DNA of 64,000 nucleotides, from the NCBI RefSeq assembly GCF_006345805.1, contig NC_043006.1, positions 42,408,001 through 42,472,000 on the forward strand. The letters run 5' to 3'. Source of the DNA: Octopus sinensis. Taxonomy: Eukaryota. A program made the translations under genes and the position numbers. Shown here piece by piece: positions 12,199-25,089 of the stretch. The notes under the pieces are model-generated. The model saw only the letters and a program-made list of their open reading frames with translations. It was not told the origin of the DNA and searched no databases. Numbering within the stretch: position 1 is the first letter of the stretch; every line of letters starts with the position of its first letter.

Positions 12199-14590
12199 AA
12201 AGTGACACCGACACTACTCTCGGATCACAACATGGTAAAGCTGACCATGTACGGGCCAAAGAAAAGCATGGACATGCAGTCTACAAGAAACTCTCAGAAT
12301 CTTTCCAGCTTGAACTTCCATAAGGCAAACTGGAAACAAATCAAGAAAGAGATCCTCAAACAAAACTGGCCTGAATGTCTCTCCTCGCCAGACATCGACA
12401 TGAAACTTCAACAATTCATGTCTGTAATGCAAGCCATATGCTACAAATGTGTCCCAGAGAGAAAGGCCACTGTACACAAGAGCAAAATCCCCAGAGAGAG
12501 GAAAATTCTAATGAGACAGCATACAAAAGTTTCAAATCGCCTAAACAAACAAATTGAAAGCAGTGAAAAGTCCTGCCTGAAAATAAAACTGTTGGAAATT
12601 GAAAAATGTCTGCAACTCTCCCATGAAAAAGAAAGAGCAGACAAAGAAGCCTGGGCTATGGACAACATAAAATCTAACCCCAGAGCTTTCTACAGGTATG
12701 CCAAAGAAACAGCTACGGTGCACTGTAGGATAGGGCCACTCCTTGAAAAGGATGGCACACTCACAGGAAATCCAATGAGGGTAAGTGAAATACTAAATGA
12801 GCAATTCAAGAGTATTTTCACTCCACCCCAAAGACATTTTCAAGTCAGCAATCCAACTGACTTCTTTACCACTGCAGATATAAAATCAGAGGCAGCGATG
12901 ATTGATTACATCAATATAAAGGAAGACGATGTAATAAAGGCTATTGATGAAATGAAAACAAACTCAGCTACTGGCCCCGATGGATTCCCAGCAATCCTTC
13001 AAAAAGTATGTAAGAGAGTCCTAGCAAGACCACTGCAGTTCCTCTTTCAGAGCTTCCTTGCAACTGGCAAACTTCCAAGAAAACTGAAGGAAGGTAAAAT
13101 ATGCCCTATTCATAAAGGAGGTAGCAGAGTGGAGGCCATGACCTCACACATCAGCAAGGTAATGGAACGAATAGTCAGAAGGAAACTAATCACCTTCCTT
13201 GAAGAAAATGACTTGCTGCCTGACACCCAACATGGTTTCCGACCAGGAAGAAGCTGCTTAACTCAGCTCCTATAACACTATGACAGGGTGCTGAAACGAC
13301 TGCTCAACCACTCAAATGTGGAAGTGATATATCTCGACTTTGCAAAGGCCTTTGATAAAGTCGATCATGGAATGATATGTCACAAACTGCATGATCTTGG
13401 CATAGTTGGAAAATTGGGAGAATGGCTTCATGACTTTCTGAAGGATAGAAGTCAGGTGGTAGTAGCCAATGGGGCCACTTCCAATAACACGCAAATAGTG
13501 AGCGGTGTTCCGCAAGGCACTGTTTTGGAACCACTACTGTTCATAATGACTCTCTTAGACATGCCCTCAGCCATGCAGAGAGCCACGATCACAAGTTATG
13601 CAGATGATACAAAAGTTTCACAGGCAATACAGAACCCTGAAGACACTAAGCACCTGCAATGTGAGCTGGACAAAATATACAAGTGGGCTGAAAAGAATAG
13701 CATGCAGTTCAATGCTGAAAAGTTTCAAGCTTTATGCTATCAGCATGCAAAACTAAATGCAATACCCAATAAATACACTGGACCTGGAGGGATTGCAATC
13801 CCAGAGGCACAATCAGTGTGAGACCTGGGTATTTACATGAGTGATGATGCAACCTTTCATGTGCATGTTGCTAAATTGGCAATGAAATGTAGGCGGCTGA
13901 CCGGATGGATTCTTAGAACCTTTAGAACAAGAGACCAGGAAACCATGATGGTCCTCTGGAGGACACTTGTCCTAAGCCACTTTGACTATTGCTCTCAGCT
14001 ATGGTCACCATCCAGTGTCAAGTTAATCACAGAACTTGAGGTGATCCAACGAAGCTACACGAAGAAGATAGCCTCTGTGCAGCACATAAGCTATTGGGAA
14101 AGACTCAAGAGATTGAGACTCTATTCCTTAGAGCGTAGGCGAGAAAGATATGCCATAATATACATCTGGAAGATCCTAGAAGGATTTGTCCCAAACTTTG
14201 GCATTGAGAGTTACACAAATGCCAGAACTGGGCGCCACTGCATAGTGCCAAGGACTCCAAATTTGCCATCAAGATGTAGGACGAGATACTGTGATAGCCT
14301 GGGCTTCCAAGGCCCACAGCTCTTCATTATCCTCCCGAAGAACCTAAGAGACCTGCATGGGGTGGATGCAGATGTCTTTAAAATAAAACTGGATCTCTTC
14401 TTGTCAGGTGTCCCAGATGAACCAACTTCATGGCAGGAGGTGCAGATGAGGGCAGCTGCATCAAACTCTCTCATGCACCAAATGGCAATTGCTAAAAAGC
14501 ATTCGTGAAGTAAAATCATGTAGCAACACCAAATGGCGGTGCCCCAGCATGGCCACAGCTTATGAGCTGAAACTAGATAAAAAAAAATGT
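12197..14590 (+). mobile_element. 5'-truncated CR1-type LINE (end of APE domain, RT, C-terminus, 3' UTR), pseudogenised
   Basis: LLSDHN; ATGPDGFP; QHGFRPGRSCLTQLL*; YLDFAKAFDKVDH; SGVPQGTVL; YADDTK; YWERLKRLRLYSLERRRERY; stops near 13273 and 13819; the YRPIS motif is deleted. Confidence 0.95.
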
Positions 14591-14938
14591 TTTTTTAAGA
14601 TGATGATGATGATATATAGTAGAAATATGTTACGAAAAGAAAATATAAAATACACGTGGAAATGTAAGGGTAAAATATGAAAAATCAACGAAAATGCATA
14701 TTGTAAATAGGAAAAGGCTATCTATGACAGGTAGTGACAAATATATACATTTAGCTTGACTGAGGTAGTAATACGAGTCATAAAGGTCATTATTATGAGA
14801 TGATTATAAGATGATAATAAAGTAAGAGAACAAAACAAACCAATGGTTTACGCGAAGGCTATTCATCGTATATATATATATATATATATGCATATATGCA
14901 TATATATATGCATGCACGCACACACACACACATATATA

Positions 14939-15172
14939 CGAGGGTAAGTAAGTTTTTGTACACATTGTTGTTTCTGTTCTTCCTTGGTGCATATTGTCAG
15001 CAAAGTGGCCATGTTTACTTTGCAACACAAAAAAGATACCTGGAGCGATCAAGGTCAAACCTCAGTTGCATAACCACAAGGGCACAACCTTTAGGATGCG
15101 AGCACCGAAAGTAGTGCAACCAACCGTAAGAAAGTTTTGGTGAAGGTACAGATAATTTTTGACTTAGCCTGC
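14939..15172. mobile_element. Probable mariner-type MITE
   Basis: TA-cgagggtaagt...tttttgacttagcctgc-TA, imperfect TIRs. Confidence 0.5.
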
Positions 15173-15829
15173 TATATATATTTACAAGCAAAATGCCCCC
15201 TGTGCAATGGACAGTGCTGAGTTGTCAAACATTTAAACCAAATTTTCTCAAAACAACTTGTCTGACCGTCCCATAGGCCTCCCCTTTGAGAAACACTGAT
15301 TTAACCGACATTTGAGACACCAGCAAAAGAAGAAATAATGATAGACTTCTTTTCTATTCCAAAGAAAAACGATTTTATTCACATAAATATGCAACCGAAG
15401 AGTTTAAAGTACCAGTAATGGTAAGGCTATTGACTGGGAGAACACAAACATGGTTTAAACAGTAAGCTTGGCAGGAAAGAAACGTGCCTTTAAGCAGTAC
15501 AAAAACAACAAAACATGGAAGGTGCAATTATATACAGGTTGACGGAAGAAAAGCAGGACAAAAGCGGCTTTATTGATCCCATTCTCACTAGTCACTGTTC
15601 CTGGACTGGACATCATCTCTAGGTGTGGCAATTGTACTGGTGGTAACATATGGTGTGGGGCTGGTCACTCTGTTGGTATCGAGGATAATGGTTTGTTCAT
15701 CATCTGTGGCAGTGATATTTGGGTCATTGGTTAACTCCTCTGTGTCACTGGTCCTGGTGGTGATTGTACTGGCATGAGACCTGGTTAATCTGCTAATATT
15801 GCTGTTGGATGGTACATTGCTGGTAATGC

Positions 15830-16045
15830 AGATAGCTGTCTAAGTGTCACCATAGCTTCATAGATGACTCCATCAGCTTTGCATCGGCCTCCTACTGGAC
15901 AGTTATTATATACCCTGCAAGAGCAACCTGCCTCCCCCCTTGTATTGTGGGTGCTTGTTAAAATTCTTTTTATGTTAGGTGCACAACTAAAGGAGACTCT
16001 TAAGTCGTGCTTGTTAAATAATTCCCTGTATCTATGTGTACATGT
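15830..16045 (-). mobile_element. Penelope-like element fragment (Cys-rich linker before GIY-YIG)
   Basis: FNKHDLRVSFSCAPNIKRIL...CSCRVYNNCPVGGRCKADGVIYEAMVT. Confidence 0.75.
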
Positions 16046-16169
16046 GAAATATATATATATATATATATATAATATATATATATATACTAGCAGAGTTGCC
16101 TGAGTTACATACAATTGAAGAATTAGACTTTTCTGTTATATTTTCTGTAATGAACTGAAATACCTATGA

Positions 16170-17615
16170 TTTGAATTTCATCAAAATTGCAGATGAGGGT
16201 TATTTCCTTCTTTACACACCCAAACAAAATTGTAATCATGCCACATGTATCCCATACTACTGATTTTTATGCGCATATTCCAAAATTCCAGTCTTATAGA
16301 CCCTGTTAAAAGGATTTTGCTCCTGAAAAATGGAGGTCATGGAGCTCTAAAATGTGAGAGTTAACACCCCTATTGGGGTGGGTATCTTAATGTCAACCAG
16401 AGAATTGTTGAGAATCTTTTTAACTTGGGTCTCATATCTATTGTTTGAATTTCTTTGAAATAGGAAATATATGTTCACTGGGTTTGTAAAAGAGAGCAAA
16501 GCTACAGGAAACCAAAAGACGAATAATCACAATAAGCAGTCAGCTACAGTACCCTAGTCGTTACCACTCCCAATGTAGTATTCCTCACCATGCAGTTGAC
16601 AGATACAGCTGTAAGATGCATTACAAATCTATAGCAATTGGAAGGGCGTGACCCAACTGAAATAAACATTAACAACTGTGTGACGTGAGGGCTAAGGAGA
16701 AATGAAAGTCGGAGTTTGCAAATGACCACTATGCTGATACGTAACTGGACAGAATAAATGTACAATCTATAAATGTCTTTGAATAACCAGTCACTCATCT
16801 GGGAAGGCCTTGAAATCAATGTTACCATGTGGGGACTATGTGTGACCCAGTGATAATAAAAAGACTGAAAGGAGATCTGCAATCAAATAACTTTACTCAA
16901 CACTCTGCAACTGAATCAGTGGAGGCAAAGATGCTTCTCATTTACTTGACAATTTATGCAGTACATTGCAGAAATCACAATCTAAGTGTATGTCAAAGCA
17001 AACTCTTACACTGTTGTACCATTGAATTACAAATAATGCTCATCTTCTATGCTCGGATGACTCCACAGCTTCCAAGAGTACAACTATTTGTCTTTGCTTA
17101 GATAAAATGACAAAATTGTGGGTGTTAAGTCCCCATGAAGGGGTCTTTCTAACTTGTAAGAAGATGAAATTTTATAAATATTACTTCATTTGTGTCTAAT
17201 ATCTATGGTTAAAATTTCATCAACTGCAAAAATATATGAATTGTCATGGGAATTGTGGCCCTTATGCATAGAATATAATTTCCAAATTTCGTAAAGATCC
17301 ATTTGGTACTTTTGACTTAGTTTTGGATCATAAAAGAAATTACTAAAATTTGGGAGTTAAGGCCCCCATTAGGGTATTTTAGAATCCTCATGTGAAGTGG
17401 AAACTTTGAGAATACTTCTTGATGTGTGTCAATTTCCCATGGTTGAAATTTCATCAACATTGAAAATTTATGAATTTTCATGGGGGTTTCTGCCCCCTTT
17501 AAGCCATCTGAAATTCAAACCAAACATATTGCATTATACCCGCCCTTATGCATTGAATCTAAGTTTCAAATATCATAAGGATCCATTCAGTAATTTTGGT
17601 CCATGAAATTGTATG
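16170..17615. mobile_element. Old element with ~230 bp diverged internal subunits (possibly Helitron/Helentron-derived)
   Basis: Units ~17130-17350 and ~17355-17610 share aaatttcatcaac, gcccttatgca and gatccatt motifs; related motifs near 16175 and 16370. Family assignment is a guess. Confidence 0.35.
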
Positions 17616-18478
17616 AAGCACACAGCATTACTCTTCTCCCTAGGCTTCTAGAATCAAATTAACAATCAGTAGTTATATAGTATACAATACAATAAAACTT
17701 CTTAAAATATCTTAAATAGAAAAGTTTTACTTATCTTTCAAAAAAACTACTGATTGTTAATTTGATTTTATAATTATTTAGTTGTTGATGATATGTATTT
17801 AATTATTAGATTATAACTGTACGCTATTTGTAAGATATTACTTAGTCACTGAAGTATATAGATCGTAAAATAGTTATATGGTTCTTTTAAGATATGTTGT
17901 ACGTTTTTAATTTGATTTTTAATCTTTAATTTTTAAAAGTATTTCATAAATATATTATATTGATATTTATAATATTTATGTAAGTAATAATGGACTAATT
18001 AATTTATTTATTTGTCATTATATGTCTATATATTTATTGATAGAGTAAATTTTAGATTTTAATTACTATATTTGTTGATTATAATTTAGATACTTATTTT
18101 TAAATATTTTATAATTATTAGATGTGAACTTAAATCTAAAAATATGAATAGTGATTATTTTGTTAAATAATTTGGTAATCAAATATTAGACTATAACTGA
18201 GTTAAGGATATTCAAGAGTTTATTATGTTTTTTAAAGCCATATTATATCTTCATAAATAAATACATATTTCTATCTATTTTTTTACCTTAAAAATAAATA
18301 TTTAACATAATAAATGGGTTGTATGAAATAATCCTAATGTTCTAAGTTATATACAAACTGAGGGAGTGGTGCAGGCAAAATGCAAATAAATGGTCACACA
18401 TAAGGAGACCAGCACCAAAAGACAATTCTGTTGTCCCTACAATTTCCCAGCTAGCCTGTGAAGTCTGTGGCTGCATAT

Positions 18479-19820
18479 GAAGGGGTACCCAAAAGAAACT
18501 GGAATTTTGCAATATTTCTTTTATTCGCTTAGTTTTTACATGTTTACACTTATATCTCCTTCGAAGTATTCTCCATTTGAAGCATTGCATCAGTCAAGCC
18601 GTGTTTTCCACTATTTGAAGTAGTGTTGGATCTATTGCAATGTGATGCCTTTTAACGCCTCTGTCGTATTTTTCTTCATCTCTTCAACATCTGCAAACTC
18701 CGTAGCACCAGCTTTCATCATCAGAGATGACTTTTGAAAAAAGGTCCGGATCAACTTCCAACTGTTCTTTCAGTTCACTACATGCATTCACTCGTGACTC
18801 CTTTTGATCTTCCATGAGCAAGCGAGGCAAAAATTTTGCTGCAACTCTTTTCATTCGCAACTCCTTGCTCAAAATTCGTTGGCAGGAGCTTCAGGACATA
18901 CCACTCATATCAACAAATTCGTCAATTGTTTGGTGATGGTCCTCCAAGATCAGTTACTCTCTTTTACTCTCTTTTACTTGTTTCAGTCATTTGACTGTGG
19001 CCATGCTGGAGCACCGCCTTTAGTCGAGCAAATTGACCCCAGGACTTATACTTTGGAAGCCTAGCACTTATTCTATCGGACTCTTTTGCTGAACCGCTAA
19101 GTTACCGGGACGTAAACACACCACCATCAGTTGTCAAGCGATGTTGGGGAGACAAACACAAACACACAAACATATACACACACATGCATATATATATATA
19201 TACATATATACAACGGGCTTCTTTCAGTTTCCGTCTACCAGATCCACTCACAAGGCTTTGGTCAGCCCGAGGCTACAGTAGAAGACACTTGCGCAAGGTG
19301 CCATGCAGTGGGAATGAACCCAGAACCATGTGGTTGATAAGCAAGCTACTTACCACACAGCCCCTTCTGCACCTATAATTCATGAATTTTTATGATGTTT
19401 TCATTCATTCAGATGGTTGATGGACACCCTGGATGAGGTTGATCTTCAAGCAACAAGTGACCGTTCTTAAAGCACGGAAACCACTCATAAACTTGTGTTT
19501 TGCTCATGACAGCATCCTTGTAAGCTGTTAGAAGCATGACAACTGCTTTGGTGGCTGTTTTCTCCAGCAGAAAACAGAATTTCATGGAAGCATGCTATTC
19601 CTTCAATTCATCCGTCACAAAAATCCACAGGAGAGAAACACTACAAAGCAAAGACGCACCATGTGGTAGTAGGGCAACACTTAACGACGCCGGTTGGCAT
19701 ACTGATGCCTGAGGGTCACATCAAGTGGCTTCTAGCAGTGGAAGTGTGAAGATGTGAACATTCAATAACAGGTTATTGAACATTGATATGTTTACATTTT
19801 TTTCTTGGGATGTCTACTAT
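18479..19820 (-). mobile_element. Decayed mariner transposon with internal deletion, interrupted by SINE-A
   Basis: MKFCFLLEKTAT...VYEWF; KELRMKRVAAKFLPRLL...KVISDDESWCYG; IASNGEYFEGD; TA plus TIR gaaggggtacccaaaa at ~18479. Confidence 0.85.
18955..19374 (-). mobile_element. Full-length SINE-A inside the mariner
   Basis: Consensus match; transposase sequence continues on both sides. Confidence 0.92.
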
Positions 19821-20033
19821 ATCAGGACTTTAACCCATATGGATATATGCAGGATTGTACCTAAAGTCTTACACTCATGGATCTATGCAGGATTGCGCCT
19901 AAGGACTCATGCTCTGGTTTCTATAACTTAGGAAAGTTGAACTATGAACTTTTATGCTTCTTTTTTCTTCTCTCCTTCCATCTCTTTATTCTTTTACTCC
20001 CTTCCTCTATATTGTCATCTTATTAACATATAC

Positions 20034-20199
20034 AGGCACAAGAGTGGCTGTGTGGTAAGTAGCTTGTTTACCAACCACATGGTTCCGGGTTCAGTCCCAC
20101 TGCATGGCACCTTGGGCAAGTGTCTTCTACTATAGCCTCGGGCTGACCAAAGCCTTGTGAGTGGATTTGGTAGACGGAAACTGAAAGAAGCCCGTCGTA

Positions 20200-20230
<31 letters not shown>

Positions 20231-20441
20231 GCGTGTGTGTGTTTGTCCTCCTAGCGTTGCTTGACAACTGATGCTGGTGTGTTTATGTCCTCGTTACATA
20301 GCAGTTCGGCAAAAGAGACCGATAGAATAAGTACTGGGCTTACAAAAGAATAAATCCCGGGGTCGAGTTGCTCGATTAAAGGCAGTGCTCCAGCATGGCC
20401 GCAGTCAAATGACTGAAACAAGTAAAAGAGTAAGAGTAAAG
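20034..20441 (+). mobile_element. Full-length SINE-A
   Basis: Consensus match. Confidence 0.93.
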
Positions 20442-20752
20442 TGTATACCATTTTCATTTTCCCTATTTGTCTCTGATGATGGAATATCCCATACTTGAGG
20501 ATATCCCAGAAACAGCTGAAATATTTTGAATTTCTTCTTATAATAATAATAATGTATATGACTTAAGATGTTTGCCTTGCCTTAACGCTTGTTTGTCCTC
20601 TTTAACAATTATATATCCGCTGCATTGGAAATCTGTAATGGCTCCATAACTACTGTCTCAACTATAAACATGGAGCCCCAGTAATCCGTTACAGCACTTA
20701 ACTAGCATACTTAATCGCTTAGATCATCTGTCAACTAAACCCCCATACTTTG

Positions 20753-20795
<43 letters not shown>

Positions 20796-20811
20796 ATACA
20801 AGTGTAAGCAC

Positions 20812-21018
20812 ATAAATGTGAAACAAGGTGGAAAAATAGTACTCGAATACCGGAAGTAGAGTAATATGCTTTATTAATAAAGCTGCAAAGATGACAAAAA
20901 ATCTGTTACTCAGAGTTCCCATTTGTCGGATAGTTTTGGTTGAGAGACTGTCCGATGAATGAGAAGTGAAACTCTGAGTAACAGTTCTTTTTTTTTTTTT
21001 GCAGCCTTATTAATAAAA
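20812..21018. mobile_element. Inverted pair of Penelope-type terminal repeats
   Basis: Arms ttattaataaagctgcaaa...ctgttactcagagtt and aactctgagtaacag...tttgcagccttattaataa. Confidence 0.6.
20946..20986 (+). ncRNA. Minimal type I hammerhead (U4C core variant)
   Basis: GACUGU CCGAUGA AUGAGAAGU GAA ACUCUGAGU A^ACAGUU: 6-bp stem I, near-palindromic stem III, GUA site. Confidence 0.6.
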
Positions 21019-21088
21019 CATATATATGTATATATACATAGATATATACATACATTCATACACACACACACACACATATATATATTTT

Positions 21089-21131
<43 letters not shown>

Positions 21132-21246
21132 TTATATGTAGGTATATATATTTATTTATATGTATGTATATATATATATATATATACTACATATATATAT
21201 TTATATAAATACATAAATATATATATATATATATATGCATATATAC

Positions 21247-21279
<33 letters not shown>

Positions 21280-21597
21280 CACACACACACATAAAATTAA
21301 AAGCTGATAAGCGAAATGCAGTAGTTTAAACAACTTCAGAATACCTCATAAATCTTGTGTTATCTATTTTATAAGACAATTCATACTATAAATAGGCCGA
21401 ACACTATAATCAACAAAAATCGTCAGTAACCTTAGAATATTAGAAAACTGATACTAAGGACACATCCACACAGAACATGACTGTATGCTAGCCTATAATC
21501 AGCCTTTTTTTTATGACATGGCAAAAGAAGTGAACCTTGTAAAGAAACCACAACTATTGTCTCATCAAATAAAGTGAAATTACGACCAATATCTAGT

Positions 21598-22512
21598 GAG
21601 GGTGCCACGTAAAAATCACTCTGTCTACTCTGTAAGGTGAATGGTGTTAGGAAGGGCATCCAGCCATAAAAACCATGCCAAATCAGACCTCGCTGGGTCT
21701 GGTCCCACGTAAAAAGTACTGTCCATTATGTGAAGTGGTTGATATTAGGAAGGGCATCCAGCCATAAGAACCCTGCCAAAACAGAAATCACTGGGCTTGG
21801 TGCCATGTAAAGAGTACTGTCTATTATGTGAGAGGGTTGATGTTAGAAAGGGCATCCAACCATGAAAACCCTGCCAAAATAGACCTCACTGGGCCTGATG
21901 TCATGTAAAAAGTACTGTTCACTATGTGAGGGGGTTGATGCTAGGAAGGACATCCAGTCATGAAAACCCTGCCAAAACAGAAATCATTGGGCTTGGTGCC
22001 ATGTAAAGAGTACTGTCCATTATGTGAGAGGGTTGATGTTAGAAAGGGGCATCCAGCCATGAAAACCCTGCCAAAACAGACCTCACTGGGCCTGGTGTCA
22101 TGTAAAAAGTACTGTCCTCTAAACCATGCCAAATCAGACCTTGCTGGGCCTAGTGCCACGTAAAAAGTACTGCCCTCTATGTGAGGTGGTTGATGTTAGG
22201 AAGGGCATCAAGCCATAAAAACCCTGCCAAAACAGACCTCACTGGGCCTGGTGCCACATAAAAAGTACTGTTCACTATGCGAGGAAATTAATGTTGGGAA
22301 GGGCATCAAGCCATAAAAACCCTGCCAAAACAGATCTTGCCAGTCTTGGTGTCACATGAAAAGTACTGTCTACTATGTGAAGTGATTGATGTTAGGAAGG
22401 GCATCCAGCCATAAAATCCCTGCCAGTGAGGCCTGGTGTAGTCCTCTGCCTAGCCAGCTCCTGTCAAACTGTCCAACCCATGATAGCATGGAAAACAGAC
22501 ATTAAATGATGA
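21598..22512 (+). repeat. ~98 bp tandem array derived from the RTE-type 3' tail, ending in the normal terminus
   Basis: gtaaa(a/g)agtact anchors at 21709, 21807, 21905, 22003, 22102, 22160, 22258, 22356. Confidence 0.92.
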
Positions 22513-22704
22513 TGAGGAGAAGGAGGATCAGCTGGTCTGGTGCATGAACCTTATCATTTGAGTAACTTTTCAGGCCAAACAGGGATGTCCTTAAGGCAAG
22601 AACTAACAAAACTTTATGACTTTCCCTTTATGTTAATTTGCTAATTGGGAAAGAAAGGTTGACTTTTACTAAGGCTGCTGCTACTGCTGCTACTACTACT
22701 ACTA

Positions 22705-23043
22705 TTAGAAGACTCCCTTCAGTCATGAATGACCATGCAATTGCATCTAGAAAGTTACCCTCCGAGGTACAAGTTTGGGCAAGGTTGTTTATGGAAAACC
22801 AGCAGTCGCCCATGCATGCCGGCCTCCCCTCTCCATGCCACCAGTGTTATCCAAGGGAAAGGCAATGGCTGATACAGCTTGGCACCAGTGATGTCGCAAC
22901 TCATTTCTACAGCTGAGTGAACTGGAGCAACATGAAATAAAGTTTCTTGCTCAAGAACACAACACACAGCCCGGTCCGGGAATCAAACTCACAACCTCAC
23001 GATCGTAAGCTCGATGCTCTAACCACTGAGCCATGCGCCTTCA
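22705..23043 (-). mobile_element. SINE-E (tRNA-derived)
   Basis: Head gtgaaggcgcatggctcagtggttagagcatcg...gagtttgattccc; body cttgagcaag...gctccagttcactcagctg. Confidence 0.88.
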
Positions 23044-23087
23044 CACTACTGCTGCTGCTACTACTACTACTACTACTTCTAAAGAAT

Positions 23088-23340
23088 TTCTGGAACCACT
23101 GTTGACAGTGGCTTACGCTTATTGTCCAATCCCCATATACAGCATTAATATTCCTCACACTTTCCATGGCATTGTTGCCTTCATTGAACTTATAAAGCAA
23201 AATATGCTGAATATGCTCCTTTGTCACTTTCATTAGAGCTTTGAAAAAATAACTTTGAAAATAAAATCGAACTGCACTCTTCAAAACTTGCACCAAGAAT
23301 AAAGACAAGGTAAAATTACTACCTGCTTTTATAGCAAGTT
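23088..23340 (-). mobile_element. Mariner transposase N-terminal fragment
   Basis: MKVTKEHIQHILLYKFNEGNNAMESVRNINAVYGDWTISVSHCQQWFQKF (HTH region). Confidence 0.85.
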
Positions 23341-23417
23341 GATGCAGGTAGTTTATCCCGTCCCCCTCTGACTTTTAGTTCATGCTATTGAAAAAACCCA
23401 CATTATTTATGGGATGA

Positions 23418-23632
23418 GGTAAAGCAGTGAGGTGACAGAAATGTTAGCATGCCATGCGAAATGCTTAGTGGTATTTCGTTTGTCTTTATATTCTGAGTTC
23501 AAATTCTGCTGAGGTCGACTTTGCCTATCATTCTTTCGGGGTCAATAAATTAAGTACCAGTTGCGTACTAGGGTCAATCTAATCAACTGGCCCCATCCCT
23601 AAAAATTTCAGGCCTAGAGTAGAAAGGATTAT
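23418..23632 (+). mobile_element. SINE-B
   Basis: gaggtgacagaaatgttagc...ggcctagagtagaaagg. Confidence 0.85.
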
Positions 23633-23649
23633 TTATGGGATGACCCAAA

Positions 23650-23684
<35 letters not shown>

Positions 23685-24064
23685 CATATTATGATATGTA
23701 GAAAAATACAAACTGAGACAAGAACGCATAAAAACCCAGAAGACGACACAACAAACACAGACAGGACATTCGAAGGCCCCAGCCCCCAGTCAAGAACCGG
23801 ATCATCGTAGCAATTTCGGCAATCTTTCTATTATATTCTTGGTTTACGCTGAGGTCATTACCCAGTGTGTAATTAACTGTAAAAAAGTTGTTTTGGTAGT
23901 TTTTACTCATTCATGCCTGGTCTTAAAAGGCATACGAGGGTAAATAAGGATGACATCCCACAAGCCGCCCAAGACAGATTTTTGGAGCTGATGATGATGG
24001 TTGATGGGGGGAAAACATGGGGAGGTGGCAATCATTTGCAAAGGTGAATCAATTACCATATATT

Positions 24065-24309
24065 TTTTCTTTTCTCTTTCTCTTTTACTTGTTTCAGTCA
24101 TTTGACTGTGGCCATGCTGGAGCACCACCTTTAGTCAAGCAAATCGACCCCAGGACTTATTCTTTTGAAGCGTAGTACTTATTCTATGAGTCTCTTTTGC
24201 CAAACCGCTGAGTTATGGGGATGTAAACACACCACCATCGGTTGTCAAGCGATGTTGGGGGGAAAAACACAAATACACAAACATACACACACACACACAC
24301 ACACACACA

Positions 24310-24387
<78 letters not shown>

Positions 24388-24562
24388 ATATATACATATA
24401 TACGATGGACTGCTTTCAGTTTCCGTCTAACAAATCCACTCACAAGGCTTTGGTCAGCCCAAGGCTATAGTAGAAGACACTTGTCCAAGGTGCCACACAG
24501 TGGGAATGAACCTGGAACTATGTTGTTGGTAAGCAAGCTACTTACCACACAGCCATTCCTGC
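24065..24562 (-). mobile_element. Full-length SINE-A with expanded microsatellite
   Basis: Consensus match. Confidence 0.9.
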
Positions 24563-24904
24563 AAGAACAAAAAGACTAAGACAGGTGGATGAACAACAAG
24601 CAGGTGTACTAGTTTAACACTCGGGAAGAACGGAAAAGTCTTTTATGTTTCGAGCCTACACTATATATACACACCACTTATATCATAGGATACTACTACT
24701 ACTACTACTACTACTTCTACTACCACCACCACCACCACCACTACCATCTATATATATATGACGATCCTTTAGTATTGATATGCAGTGTCAGTAATAGGAG
24801 AGGATATCATTCATCCTGCTTTTCATCCTAGCCTCTTTGTCTATGCCATGAGGGAAGGTTGTGTGGGCGAATGACATCATCTACCAATACTGAAGGATTG
24901 CCAT

Positions 24905-25057
24905 ATATGTGTGGTAAGAAGCTTGCTTCCCAAACACATGGTTCTGGGTTCAGACCCACTGTGTGACACCTTGGGCAAGTGTGTTCTACTAGAGCCTCGT
25001 GCCGACCAAATCCTTGCAAGTGGAATTGGTAGATGGAAACTGAAGAAGCCCATCCTA

Positions 25058-25089
<32 letters not shown>

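Noticed and set aside
12067-14508. Intact, active RT gene
   Set aside because: 5'-truncated, has in-frame stops and a deleted YRPIS motif; the ORF start is microsatellite.
15545-15830. ~83-codon Thr/Ser-rich open frame on the minus strand
   Set aside because: No start or splice support, low complexity, adjacent to a Penelope fragment.
17650-18345. Definite NUMT call
   Set aside because: I could not recognise any mitochondrial gene or open frame; kept only as a hypothesis in findings.
20468-20522. Hammerhead CUGAUGA-stem-GAAACAGCUG
   Set aside because: The cleavage triplet is lost (gaa instead of GUH) and stem I is absent. Similar decayed or half motifs lie near 24640, 36040, 42170, 54720, 60250, 61500 and 61940.
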